The translations under genes were made by a program, and so were the position numbers. The notes beneath the pieces were generated by a model, which saw only the letters and a program-made list of their open reading frames with translations, ran no database searches and had not been told where the DNA came from. Shown piece after piece: positions 1 through 11,689 of a DNA stretch of 51,669 nt. Source of the stretch: Chiloscyllium plagiosum (lineage: Eukaryota); the NCBI RefSeq assembly GCF_004010195.1, contig NC_057753.1, positions 10,760,135-10,811,803 on the forward strand. The letters are read 5' to 3'. Positions within the stretch are counted from its first letter, which is position 1. The number at the start of each line of letters is the position of its first letter.

Positions 1-149
1 TTTACCCTGACAATGGTTTTATCGTTACATTCTGAACTCTGGATTTCTGACCGAATTCCAGTTCCACCATTTGCCTCGGTGGGGTTTTGAACTCCAGACT
101 CCCCAGAACTAGGTTGATAGTCCGGTCCATAATGGCACTAGATTGACGC

Positions 150-830
150 TCCTTCAATTCCCCCTGCGATGGCACATGAACTCGCTGGTGCCTCTGCAGG
201 TAGGAGAAGCGGCTGAAGTCATTACCGCACTGACAGCAGGTGAACGGCCTCTCCCCCTTGTGGACCTGCTGGTGCTCCTGCAGATTACCCAGCTGACTGA
301 AGCCCTTCCTGCAGTCGGGGAAGGTGAATGGCCGCTTCCCGGTGTGAACGCGCTGGTGCATTCACAGGATGCCCCCTGACTGAAGTCCTTCCCGCACACT
401 GAGCAGGTGAACGGCCTCTCCCTGTGTGGCCCCGCCAGTGCCTCAGCAGGGCGGATGAATTGCTGAAGGCCTTCCTGCACTAGGGTCAGCTGAAGGGCCT
501 CTCCTCGTTGTGGCCCCACCGTTGGGAAGCCTGGGTAAATCCCTTTCCGCACTCTGAGCAGAAAAACGGCCTCTCCCTGGCGTGGACTCAGCAGGGTGAA
601 GGAATCACTGAAGCCCTTCCCGCATTCTGGGCAGGAGAAGGGCTTTGCCCCTCTGTAACTGCACCGATGAGTCTCCAGGGCAGACAGAGCACAGAAGCCT
701 TTCCCATAGTCGCCACATTTACACGCTTTCGCCACATTTACACGCTTTCTCCACAGAGTGGGATTCCTCAGGTTTCTCCACGGCCAAAGCTTCAGCTGTA
801 CACGAGCGCGTGTAAAGCCCCTCCTTGCCA
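150..830 (-). pseudogene. C2H2 zinc-finger pseudogene (paralogue of the 21767-22708 gene)
   Basis: Finger and linker motifs ([32 protein letters not shown]) are split over three frames. The end [11 protein letters not shown] matches [11 protein letters not shown] of the intact paralogue, and 1-150 matches its 3' UTR. A 19-bp duplication and several Cys/His substitutions are present. Confidence 0.9.
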
Positions 831-1025
831 TGAATTCATCTTTCCAGGCCATATAACTGTTTCAGGCTCCACACTCAGTGTGCTGCAACATTAGGGTCTT
901 TCATCCAGTCCCACTGATGCTGAAAACGTACTGAAACAAGAACCAAACTCTTTGCTCCTTCTCACAGAATCATAGTCGAAAATCGTTGCGGTCCCGATGG
1001 ATTGAGTGACTGTCAGATATTGACA

Positions 1026-1146
1026 TGAAAGTGAGGACTGCAGACGCTGGAGAGTCAGGGTCGAAAAGTGCAGCGCTGGAAAAGCAGGTCAGGCAGCACC
1101 CGAGGAGCAGGAGAGTCAACGTTTCAGGCATAAACCCTTCATCTGT
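1026..1146 (-). mobile_element. Short Penelope-derived element (family A) with a degenerate hammerhead motif
   Basis: Same sequence as the copies at 3801, 5485, 15544, 17634, 30676, 37719 and 40805. The minus strand reads cagatga-agggtttatgcct-gaaac-gtt. Confidence 0.75.
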
Positions 1147-1669
1147 TAATTTTGAAACTTCCGTCTTCAGATCTTCAAATACTCTGTAAAAAGAGATTAC
1201 AAAAGTCATCACTGACTGTCAGTCCAAGGTAGAACTTCAGAACAGGCAGTTTTACTTTCTGCGGAACATTATTTTCTTTTGTAATTCCATGAAAATGAAA
1301 GCACCACTACACACTCATTCTCTCTCCCTCCCTTCTCACTCTGCTTTAACTAATTCTCCTGAAGGTGCTGATGTGCTGATTCAGGATCTTACAGGGGCGG
1401 AAAAGCAAAAGCATCAAGACTGACAATTTTGAATAACTCCACCTGAAAGTTAATATCTTCCATCACATTGTGATACTGCTGACAATGAGCAGGTTTTGGG
1501 AAGCAAAAAAAAGTTAAGTAAATTCAGGATGAACCTGCAATGCAGCTTCTTGAGAATCAACCAGACATGAAATGGTTAACCCCCCCGCCCGGGAAGGGAC
1601 GGAAATGTGAGACATCAAGATAGTGACACCAGAGAGAAATTGAACATACAAACCTGGGAAGCCAGAATC

Positions 1670-2215
1670 AGAGATATGCAGCTCAGAAACAAACCCTTCC
1701 ATCCAACTCATCCACGCCAACCAGATAGCCTGACCTAATCTATTCTAATTTGCCAGGACTTGGCCAGTGTCCTCCTAAAGCCTTCCTATTCATATACCCA
1801 TCCACATGCCTTTTAAATGTCGTAATTGTATCAGCATCCATCACTTCTTCTGGCAGCTCATTTCTTACACGCACCACCGTCTGCAAGAAGAGGTCCCTTT
1901 CAAATCTTTCAAACGTGTCTCCCCCCCACCCCACCCCCTCACCCTATACCTATTACCCTCTAGTTCTGGGCTCCCCCATTCCAGGGAAAACATCTTGTGT
2001 ATTTACCCTATCCATGCCTCTCATGATTTTGTGATTGTCTATAAGGTCATCCCACACCTTCTGACGCGCGAGGAGAAACAGTCCCATCCTGTTCAGCTCA
2101 AACCCTAGCAACATCCTTCCGATAGGAGGGCTACCAGAATTGCACACAATATTCCAAAAGTGGGTGAATCAATATCCTGTACAGCCACAACATAACCTCC
2201 CAATTCCAATATTCA
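1670..2215 (-). mobile_element. CR1/HER1-type LINE 3' fragment
   Basis: Translations such as VVRVRNELPEEVMDADTITTFKRHVDGYMN and LNRMGLF...DLIDNHKIMRGMDRV match the CR1 ORF2 C-terminus, followed by the 3' UTR. Confidence 0.85.
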
Positions 2216-2534
2216 GAGGATTGGAAAAGTTTTCAAAACACAAAATACAACAGGGAAAGAATTGAGGGATACACTGAACTTTTGAGAGTCAGCTTGGCAG
2301 CATCAATGCCTCTGGGAAGGGGAAGGAAGCTGAATGTGCTGGAGTGAATGCAGAGGAAGAAGGGAGGATACAAAACAATTGCAGCCAGCTTGAAGCTGCA
2401 ATAAGGAATATTGCATGTGCTGTATTTGTACCTGTTGCATTTATCTGTGGCAATCGGGTGCATTTTAAAAATAAAAACAGAAAAGATATCTACCCCTCCC
2501 CCTTCCCAATCTCTATCCTTCTGTCCTTCCTCAC

Positions 2535-2790
2535 CCGGGTAATTAAGACACATCCCTTAGTTTACAGTCTGTTCCCTCCCTGGATTCACTCCAGTTGCTA
2601 CGAGTGAACAGATTTCCTCCTTCCCAGGATGAAAAGTTGCCCAGAGAGATAGAGTTTCACTCTGAAATGCATAGGGCCACTTCCGCGTTGTGATGTCAGC
2701 AATGGAAAGGGGGAGGGGGCGAGGCTGACCATGGAACCCGCCCTGTGCCTGCTCCGGACGCCCGGCAGTCTGGCCTGCGCTGCCCTGCAG
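2535..2790 (-). promoter_or_regulatory. Putative promoter/first non-coding exon of ZNF pseudogene 1 (module A)
   Basis: Homologous to 23560-23830 (ccctccctggattca.tccagttgctac; gttgcccagag; cacttcc.c..tgtga.gtc). It has an ETS-like CACTTCCG, a GC box and a minus-strand donor CGG|GTGAGG at 2534. The acceptor of the ZNF exon is ttttacag at 1184. Confidence 0.55.
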
Positions 2791-2832
2791 CAGAACGGGA
2801 GGAGAGCACAGTTTGCAAAAATCCCTTCCCTT

Positions 2833-3580
2833 CATAGAATCCCTCCAATGTGGAAGTAGGCCATTCAGCCCGATGGTTAACCCATCCAGACCCATTCCCC
2901 TACTCCTATTGCTCTATGTTTAGCCTTTACTAATGTACCTAACTGGCACAAGCCTGAACACTTATGGGCAATTTAGCATAGCCTCTGCACCCTAGTCTGC
3001 ACATTTCTGGGCACTATGAGTAATTTAGCACAGCAAATCTACCCTAACCTACACATCCCTGGACACTATGGGACAATTTAGCATGTCCAATTCACCCTAA
3101 CCTGCACATCTGAGGGAGCAAACTGGAGCACCCGGAGGAAGCACTGTGTTTAATTTTAGCTTCACGTTCACCAAAACTTTCTCCAAGTAAAACACTTTAC
3201 CCCCCCCCCACAACACTCCATTCCCCCACAGGAAATGCAAAGTGTTCTGAGACTCTGGAACTGAGGGAATGCCACATAGAATCCCTACAGTGTGGAAACA
3301 GGCCATTTGGCCCAACAAGTCCCCATCCACACCCATTCGCCTACCCCATTACTATACATTTATCCCTGACTAATGCACCTAGCCTGCATATCCCTCAACA
3401 TTATGGATAATTTAACACAGCCAGTCTACCCTAGCCTGCACATTTGTGGGAACACATCGGAGCATCTGGACGAAACACACGGAGACACATGGGAGAATGT
3501 ACAAACTCAGTATATTTGCCTCGAAGCTGGGTCCCTGTCACTGTGAGGCAGCAGTGCTAACAAGTGAGCCACTGTGTTGT
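2833..3580 (-). mobile_element. Two degraded HE1-like SINE copies (about 2833-3145 and 3276-3580)
   Basis: Segments aggccatt.ggccca, ggcaatttagcat, cctaacctgcacatc, ggagcacccggaggaa and gctgtgaggcagcagtgctaac are shared with the full HE1 copy at 36821-37135. Confidence 0.7.
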
Positions 3581-3800
3581 CTACGTGTGCTGAAAGAGGT
3601 GGCGGTGTGGGGGGGGGATGTGAACTTTGTCGACTGTACCATACAGTGGATTGTTGAGTAGGGTTCAATCTCACAGGGTCCGGGGAGAACTGGCCAACTG
3701 GGTACAAAATTTAGGAGTGCATTGCTGCAGATGCTGGAATCAGTTCTGAAAACAAGAAATGCTGGAGATCACAGCAGGTAGGTCACATCCATGCACAGAG

Positions 3801-3998
3801 AGAGCTGAAAATGTGTTGCTGGAGAAGCGCAGCAGGTCAGGCAGCATCCAGGGAACAGGAGAATCGACGTTTCGGGCATAAGCTTATGACCGAAATGTCG
3901 ATTCTCCTGTTCCCTGGATGCTGCCTGACCTGCTGCGCTTCTCCAGCAACACATTTTCAGCTCTGATCTCCAGCATCTGCAGACCTCACTTTCTCCTC
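3801..3998. mobile_element. Fold-back (palindromic) family A Penelope-derived element nested in an older related element (about 3722-4040)
   Basis: 164-bp near-perfect palindrome at 3801-3964, centred on cataag|cttatg, flanked by a duplicated ccatgca(c)agagag. Confidence 0.85.
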
Positions 3999-4046
3999 CA
4001 TGCAGAGAGAGCTAACATTTCGACTCCAGATACTCTTCATTGTAGA

Positions 4047-4725
4047 GATTTATAAAGTCATGGGGGGGGGGGGGGCATTGATAAGATGCACGGCAGGGGC
4101 CTTTTCCCTGGGCTGAGGGATTTCAAGACAAGGGGACATATTTTTAAGCTGATAGCAGCAAGGTATAAAACAAGGGGCAACATTTTTACACAGAGAGTGG
4201 TTCGCGTGTGGAGTGAACTTCCAGAAGAGGTGGTGGATGCAGGTGCAGTCCACAATGTTTAAAAGACATTTGGAGAAGTACATAAATAAGAAATGTTGAG
4301 AGCGTTATCGGGCCAAGCGCAGGCAGGTGGGACTAATTTAGTTTGGATCTTGGTCGACATGGACTGAAGGGTCTGTTTCCATGCTGTGCCACTCATGATG
4401 GATATAGTGCATGTGGAGAAGATGTTTCCATGAGTATGAGAGACTAGGACCTGAGGACACAGGCTCAGGATGATGGGATGCCCGTTAGAACTGAGATGAG
4501 GAGGTGTTTCTTCAGCCAGAGGGTGGTGAATCTCAGCTGCAGAGGGCTGTGGAGGCCAAGTCATTGAGGGCATTTACGACAGATAGGTTTTTGATTAGTA
4601 AGGTGATCGAGGGTTACGAGAAAAGGCAGCATAATGGGGTTGAGAAACATACCAGCCATGATGACCTGGTGGAGCGGACGCGATGGGCCAAATGGCTTCA
4701 TTCTGCTCCTGTATATTATAGCCTT
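4047..4725 (+). mobile_element. CR1-type LINE 3' fragments (two adjacent)
   Basis: tttttacacagagagtggttcgcgtgtggagtgaacttccagaagaggtggtggatgcaggt and ttcttcagccagagggtggtgaatct are typical CR1 3' ORF2/UTR sequence. Confidence 0.8.
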
Positions 4726-4789
4726 AAAACTGGGCAGATGATTGAAGTGGCTTTCATGAACAATTTCAGAGTCCTGTTGAGGTGTCGTT

Positions 4790-4908
4790 GGACTTGAAGC
4801 ATTAACTCTGCTTTCCCTCTACAGATGCTTCCAGTCCTGTTGAGTTTTTCCAGTGATTTCTGTTTTTGTTTCAGATTTCCAGCATCCGCAGTTCTTTGTT
4901 TTATTTAT
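4790..4908 (+). mobile_element. Short Penelope-derived repeat, related family
   Basis: Ends tttccagcatccgcagttc, like family A (ctccagcatctgcag). A related inverted pair lies at 11283-11470. Confidence 0.55.
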
Positions 4909-5319
4909 CACAGATACTACTCTGCCTCAGGTGAATGAAACTTCATCTCCCTGATCCACAAACTGTACACTTATCCTAGAAATGACCAGTACCTCCCTAT
5001 CAGAGTAGATCTTTTTGTTACACAATGACTGTTCAATTTTGTGACCAAAATAATTGGATTTTTAATTACTTACACCAAAGATTCTCATTATCTCAGGCAA
5101 GAACACAGCTAAATTGTTTCAGACAGCACAAATATGTGATTTGATACAATTTCCATTCCCTACTTTACCAGAATGTTGCTGGGAACGGAGGGTTTGAGTC
5201 ACATGGAGAAGCTGGGACGTTTTTCCACTGGAGCCTAGGAAGTTGAGAGGTGACTTTATGGATGTTTATAAAATCATGAGGGGTATAGATAAGATGTCTT
5301 TTCCCTCGGGTTGACAGGC

Positions 5320-5850
5320 AGGAGGCTGGAAGAAGTCTACGTTTCATGTGTAAACCTTCTTCAGGACTGGGGCCTTTGATGCTCCATTATTGCAATACCT
5401 CCAATGCCTCCACCAACAATTCTCTCCGAATTCTTGGCTCCACCCTCTTGGCTTTGCAGAGGCACATCCATTCCCTCTAGGCAAAAGTGAGGACTGCAGA
5501 TACTGGAAATCAGAGTCTAGATTAGAGTGGTGCTGGAAAAGCACAGCAGGTCAGGCAGCATCCGAGGAGCAGGAAAATCAACATTTCGGGCAAAAGCCCT
5601 TCATCAGGAATGGAGGCAGCGAGCCTCCAGGGTGGAAAAATAAATTGATGGTGGGCGGAAAGGTCTGGGGAAAAGGTAGCAAAGAGTACAATAGATGAAT
5701 GGGGGTGGGGATGGAGGTGATAGGTCAGAGAGGAGGGTGGAGCGGACAGACGGGAAGGGAGATTGGCAGGGAGGACGGTGCTGAGCTGGAAGTTTGGGAC
5801 TGGGGTAAGGTGGAGGGAGGAAACATGAGAAAACTGGTGAAGTTCACCAG
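5320..5850 (-). mobile_element. Penelope-like element fragments including two hammerhead-like motifs (5334-5368, 5576-5611)
   Basis: The minus strand reads agtc-ctgaaga-aggtttacacat-gaaac-gta-gact and attc-ctgatga-agggcttttgccc-gaaat-gtt-gatt. The G-rich extension resembles the pseudo-LTR at 17728-17800. Confidence 0.7.
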
Positions 5851-6068
5851 TTCTTCACCAGTTTCGTCATTTCCCCTCAGACGGGCATCGTTTACCTCAG
5901 AAAATACCTTTAAAATACATTTCAAATCAAAGTTGGAACTTTTCAAACAAAAGTTGTGAAGAAAAGGAGACAGTCCCCGGTGGGGTTTATTGTTTATTTG
6001 TGTATAATTCCCGGGGCCCGGGAAGGGGGAGGTGACGGTTACGGGGTGAACGAGAAAACAAATTAAAA

Positions 6069-6320
6069 ATGTCGGCGGTGGAGGAGAGAGAGCCGGCGCC
6101 CGCGGCTTCTTCGGCGGCGGCCGGAGCCCAGGAGCTCAACAACCCCCCGGAGCTGGAGGAAGGTCCGAGCTCCAAGAAGCGGGGGGTCCGGCTGGAGGCT
6201 GGATTTGCTCAAGGCTTGTATCTATTAACTTATTTAAATGGTACCTACTGTATGGGGCTATGGTTTACATTAAAACCGGAGGGTCCTGTCAGAGTGTTTG
6301 TTTATATTGAGCAGTTGTAG
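6069..6320 (+). other. CpG-rich island with an 83-aa ORF resembling a first coding exon of unknown identity
   Basis: Locally very high GC/CpG from about 5975 to 6200. ATG is in context aaaATGt. The peptide is Ala/Glu/Pro-rich and includes PSSKKR. Confidence 0.35.
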
Positions 6321-6539
6321 GTAAAATACACTCCCTGGAGCAGCACCTTCTGTAATGGTGCCACCTTGATTTAAAATATTTTTGGTCAAATTTCATTTCA
6401 TATTAATCAGACGTGGTATTCACTATGCTATTAATTTGTTTGTTGGTTTATTGTAAGACAATGGTGTAATTTTATTTCTGATGTCAGAGTTTGACATTGA
6501 ATGTGAATACCAGTAAATTGTGAACATAAATTGAGAACT

Positions 6540-7800
6540 TGTTACAATACGGGGTAAACTCCCACCTGCTAATTTAAACCTGCATCACAAATGATTTAAA
6601 CCGTGCTGTAATCGTTTAAAATTCGAGAGGCAAATAACTATCCCCAAAGTCACTATTTAAAGTAAAAATTAACACCTTTAATTTTTTAAGTCTAACTGAG
6701 AATAATTAACTAACAACTATTTACAATTCATTTATCTAAACCCATCTTTTACCTTACTCTCAATACTACAATTACTAGTCCAATAAAACCTCCTGTTCTT
6801 TCTGAGTAAACTTGACCCACAGAGGCAAATTCTTTGTTGAGATCAGGTATTAACTCCATACCCAGCCCCTCCACAGGCTGTGGACTCTCCTTTAAAGTAA
6901 ACAAAATTACTGACATCTGTCAGAAGTTCACCAAAAAAGTATAAATAACAAATGTAGGAATACACATGATTACCAACTCTCGTTCTAAGAATGTAAGAGG
7001 TTGTGATTCCAAATGTCTCCAAAACATTGTTGGTGACATACATGTTAAAGTGTTGTAAGGCCCGTACCACACTCAGTAGGTCTTTTTCGATTGTGGAGTA
7101 TTTCCTCAGGTGGATGTTTATCATCTTCGAAAAGTAACCAACTGGCAGTTCAATCCCATCCTCATCTTCCTGTAGGAGTTCAGCTCCAACTGCGATGTCA
7201 TTAGCGTCGATGGTGACTTTAAAAGGTTTTGAAAAGTTGTAGTTGAAACTGGTTTGGTGGTTAATATTGATTTCAAATGGTGTTATGCCTCCTGGCACTG
7301 TTCTGTCCACCAAAACTGTATTCTTCTTCAGCAAATCAGTTAACGGTGCAACTACACTGCTGAAGTTTGGAACAAACTTCCGATAGAATCCGCTGAGTAC
7401 TAAGAATCGAAGCATCTTTTTTTTCGAGGGTCGTCATGGAAATTCCTCAGTGGCCTTCGTCTGTGCATTCTGTGGGTCAACCTTCTATGAGCAATGTTAT
7501 GGCCAAAGAATATCACCTCTGCTTTCGTGAATTCAGTTTTATTTAAGTTTATTACCAGTTCTGCTGCTTGTAGTCGTTCAAAGAACTCTGGCATGTGATC
7601 TTTCCAGGACTGACTAAAGATCACTACATCGTCCAAATACTCTGTGCAGTTTAACCCAGCCACAACTCTATTCATGAGTTTTTGGAGTGTGGCGGGTGTA
7701 TTTTTCAATCCAAAGGACATCACTTTAAACTGATGTAGCCCATTTGGGTTCACGAACGCAGAAAACTATTTTGCTATCTCTGATAAAGGTACATTTTAAG
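6540..7800 (-). mobile_element. Gypsy/Ty3 LTR retrotransposon remnant (RT-RNase H at about 6990-7790, possible LTR at about 6540-6900)
   Basis: FKVMSFGLKNTPATLQKLMN, YLDDVVIFS, FYRKFVPNFSSVVAPLTDLLKK, DANDIAVGAELLQ and PVGYFSK...KYSTIEKDLL, with frameshifts. Confidence 0.9.
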
Positions 7801-9689
7801 AGAGCTAATTTTCCAGGAAATCTGCAGATGTTGGAGGCTTGGCAGTTCTCCCTCAACTGTTCATATTTTCCTGGTCTTATACCCCCAAAGCGTCAGATTG
7901 TGTCATTGGTTTTTAATATTGTCAATATACTAGATTTAAACTTGATTGGAGTTTGTGTTTTTCTTGGGGTATAATTTAAACTGATCGGCTAATTCAAATT
8001 TGTTTTTGTCTACAGGCAACCAACTACTCCAGCTGCTGGACCAAAAGGCTATATTGTATCGTGTTCAGAACACTTGTCCTATCAGGTAGTTCTGCTAGCT
8101 TTTAACTTCCTTAAAGGTACGGCACACTTCTACACCTTTATAACACTTGTGCTTTTTTAAAAAAAAGCAATTCACTGATATTAATGGCATTGTCTCATTT
8201 GAGGACGATGATTCAAGCCTGACCAACAAACTGTTTCATGCAGTCACCTAATTTAATTAAAATCTTTTAGAAAATACTTCTGGCAGGCCAAGATTTATAC
8301 AACCAAAATATGGTAGGTAATCGTGTATTCTTACCTTTGTCACTTTATACTTCTCTGGTGAACCTCTGACAGATGTCAGTAATTTTGTTTACTTTAAAAA
8401 TAATTAATGCAATGTGGTTGATTTTAATTGTACTTGGTTGGACAAAATAATAGAAAATTTTCATAAATGAATCATTACAACTTGGGTTAAAATGCCTTTT
8501 AATGTAGTAAGGCATTTCAAGGCAACATACAGGGATGTTATCAAGCAAAATTTGACATGCGGAGATATTAGGGCAAGAGATGTACCTTTTGAGGAGAGAA
8601 GTATTTAGTTAGAGCTTGGTCCCAGATAGCTGATTGCATTACTTCCAGTAGCGGAGCTTTGAAAACCAGTGAAAGACATGAGATCAGATTAGAAGATCAG
8701 AGAAATCTGAGAGATGTGGGGATGAAGGATGTTGGAGGTGTGGTAAGAGCAAGCCGACAGAAAGATTTGAAAACAGTAGTGCGTATTTTAAAATTATGAT
8801 CCAAATCAAAACAGTGATAAAGCAACATCCTCAACAAATAAGAAGTAGGTCCCAATTCAGATTTCCTCCCCTCTTCTCTTTCCCAGTTCTTTTAGAAATA
8901 AATGTATTTTTCTTCCACTAGAAAATGGTCTTATACTTTGCGGTGTCTGAAGTGTTATGCCACACCACGTCTTTGCCCACCTTTTAAGAATCCTTTCAAT
9001 GTGTTTTTCTGACAATGCTGGAGGTGGTCAAAAGCAATCATGTCATTCCTCCTCAATGCCCTGTTTCTCCACCTATGAACCTCTTTGTTATGTTATCTAC
9101 GTTACAAGCACCCGAGTGAAATTTGGCCATTTTGGTGAACAGGATAAATCTTTATCTCTGGCTCACTGTGTTTGCACTAACTATAATTATTTACCAATGC
9201 GCTGCCTTTGTTCCATCAAAAATGGAAGAAATGATCAGTACTTATATTGCACTTGGAATGTAGAAAATCATCCCAAGAATCTTCACATTATTGTGGTTGA
9301 CTGAAGCCGTAACAGGAGGCATTGCGTCGCAGTTTGATGTGACTGAAAACTTGGCTGGAAAGAATGTAGATTGATGAGAAAAGTCAAAATGACAGATTGT
9401 GCCCAGAGACTATCATTCTGGCTTGATTAAGTGGTGACTCTTCAAAAGCACCTTCCAAACCATGACCTCAACAACCAAGAACAGAAAAGTGATTGTACAG
9501 TGTTCCAACTGTGAAATATGTCATTGCTTCTTTGTTGTTGACGCAAATCCTGGAATTCGCTCCCGAACATTTATTGCAGACCACATCATATTTGTGAAGC
9601 AATTTAAGAGGCAGCTCAGCACCACTTTTTCAAGGACAGTTAGGGAAGAGTTGTTGACATAGTCAATGATATTCACATCTCATGAAATA

Positions 9690-10695
9690 AGCAAAGAGCC
9701 CAAGGTGTTGGAGGCAGTATACTAGGATGGATAGAGGATTGTCTAACTAATGATACAGTAGCGATAAGGATGCCAACTTGTAACTAGTGGTATGCCACAG
9801 GGATCAGTGCTGGGTCCAAAATTATTTACATTATGTATACGAATTTCTTGGATAAGTAAAGTGAATGTATTATTGCCAAGATTGCAGAAAAGACAGTTGA
9901 TGGGAAGGCAGCTGATGAGGATGACATGAAATTGCTGCGGAGGGATATAGACAAGTTAAGCAAATGAGCAAAAACTTGGCAGATGGAATATAATGTGGGA
10001 ATATGATGTTATGCACTTTGGCAGGAAAAGAAGAGCTGAATATTAAAGGGACAAAGCTGTAGAATAAAGGGATTTGGAAGCCTACATCCATGAATGTCTT
10101 CATCCAGGTTCACTGAGTAATAGGTTGGCCTTTAAATAGGTTCACTATAACCTCCAATATTTATACTCTATGTAAGGCACCAGTCAGGTCACAACTGAAT
10201 AGTGTGAACAGATTTGGGTCCGCTACCCAAGGAAAGATATACTGGCATTGGAGGCAGTCCAGAGAAGGTTGTTGAGGATGATATCAGGTATGGAAAGGAT
10301 GTCTTATGAGGAGAAGTGAATAGGTTGAGCCTGTGCTTATTTGAAGTTAGGAAAAGTCTTGTCACATACAAGATTTTGAGGAGACTTGACAGGCTGGGTA
10401 TGGAAAAGTTTACCCTTGTGGCTGAGTCTAGGACCAGAGGGAATAACCTCCAAATAAGGGATTGCAGATTTAGGATAGATCGAAAATTCTCCTGAGGGCA
10501 GTAAATCTGTGGAACTTGTTACTGCAGAGGGCTGTTGAGCCTGGGTTGTTCAGTGCATTCAAGGCTGAGATAGATTTTTTTTAATCAGTAAGGGAATTGA
10601 GGATTATGGGGAAACGCCAGGAAAATAAAAAAGATGTTTATCAAAACAGTCGTGATCTGGGTAAATGGCAGAGTCAACTCAATGGATTGAATAGT
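9690..10695 (+). mobile_element. Degraded CR1-type LINE (RT to 3' end)
   Basis: actagtggtatgccacagggatcagtgctgggtcc (GVPQGSVLGP-like), tggcagatggaatataatgtggg (WQMEYNV) and the CR1 3' end. Confidence 0.8.
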
Positions 10696-11282
10696 AATTA
10701 ATAAAGGAGAAAAGGATATAGCTGTCAACTCCAGGCCAGTCAATGTTGGGAAACTTAAAGATTGTAGGGAGTTGGTGGCATTTTGGCATTGTCACTGGAT
10801 TTAACATCTGAAGTTTTAAATTGATGCTGCTATGGCAAATTGAAATTAGTTAATATGTCTGGATTATAAAGCTTATTGCTGCTTTGGTGATCTTATTAAT
10901 TGTCATAAGTACCTATCTTTTCACTGATAACCTTGTGAGGGAAAGAAATCTTTAGTCCTTCCCCAGCTTGGCGAATGCATCGCTCCTGATCCACAGTACT
11001 GTGATTGAGTCTTAGCTGCCTTATAAAATGGCACTTAGTTTTTCTGGGAGACAAAGTGCCACATCCTATGAATGAATAAAGGAAAATATTCAGGATAAAA
11101 TTGTCACTGAGGGGAAGATTGTGGTCTAGCGATACTGGTTGAGTAACCCAGAGATCTAGGTCTTTCGAGAACAAAACTTCAAATCCTAGCATGGCTGCGA
11201 GTGGAATTTATGTTCAACTAATAAAAAGATCTGGAAATGAGAGTTTGTCTCAGTACTGACAACCAGGAAACTATTATTGATT

Positions 11283-11470
11283 AAAACAATGAATTGCAGA
11301 TCAGAAACTAAAGACAAAATTGCTGAAGAAATGCAGCAGGTCAGACTGCATCTGTGGAGAGCAAACAGTTAATGCTTTGAGTCCAGCCAAGCTTTGAAGG
11401 GCCACTGGACTCGAAACATTAACATTGTAGTTTCTTAATAGATGCTGCGGAACTGTTGCGTTTCTCCAAC
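11283..11470. repeat. Degenerate inverted pair of Penelope-derived short repeats
   Basis: gcatctgtggagagcaaacagttaatgctttgagtccag is followed by its approximate reverse complement ctggactcgaaacattaac...agatgctgc. Confidence 0.55.
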
Positions 11471-11689
11471 CTTTATTATTGATTGTTGCAAAACTCTTTT
11501 TAGGGAGGGAAATCTACCATTCATCAACCTTGCGCACACACCATGTGACCCCAGACCTTGGTTGACTCTCAACAGCCTTCTAGCATGTAGTCAATTACTT
11601 GGTCCAAGGGCCATGAGGGATGGTGAGCAAATGTTGGACATGCTAGCAACAATCACATCCCACAGAATATATTTTTATTAACTGAATAG

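Noticed and set aside
3801..3964. miRNA precursor or MITE
   Set aside because: The arms derive from the Penelope pseudo-LTR family seen elsewhere as single copies; there are no DNA-transposon TIR/TSD hallmarks.
8016..8085. Possible internal exon (tttgtctacag ... cag|gtagtt)
   Set aside because: Splice-like signals only, with no recognisable peptide, adjacent to a Gypsy remnant; cannot be supported.
8160..9690. Short ORFs and possible ancient repeats
   Set aside because: Too degraded to assign; no convincing protein motif.
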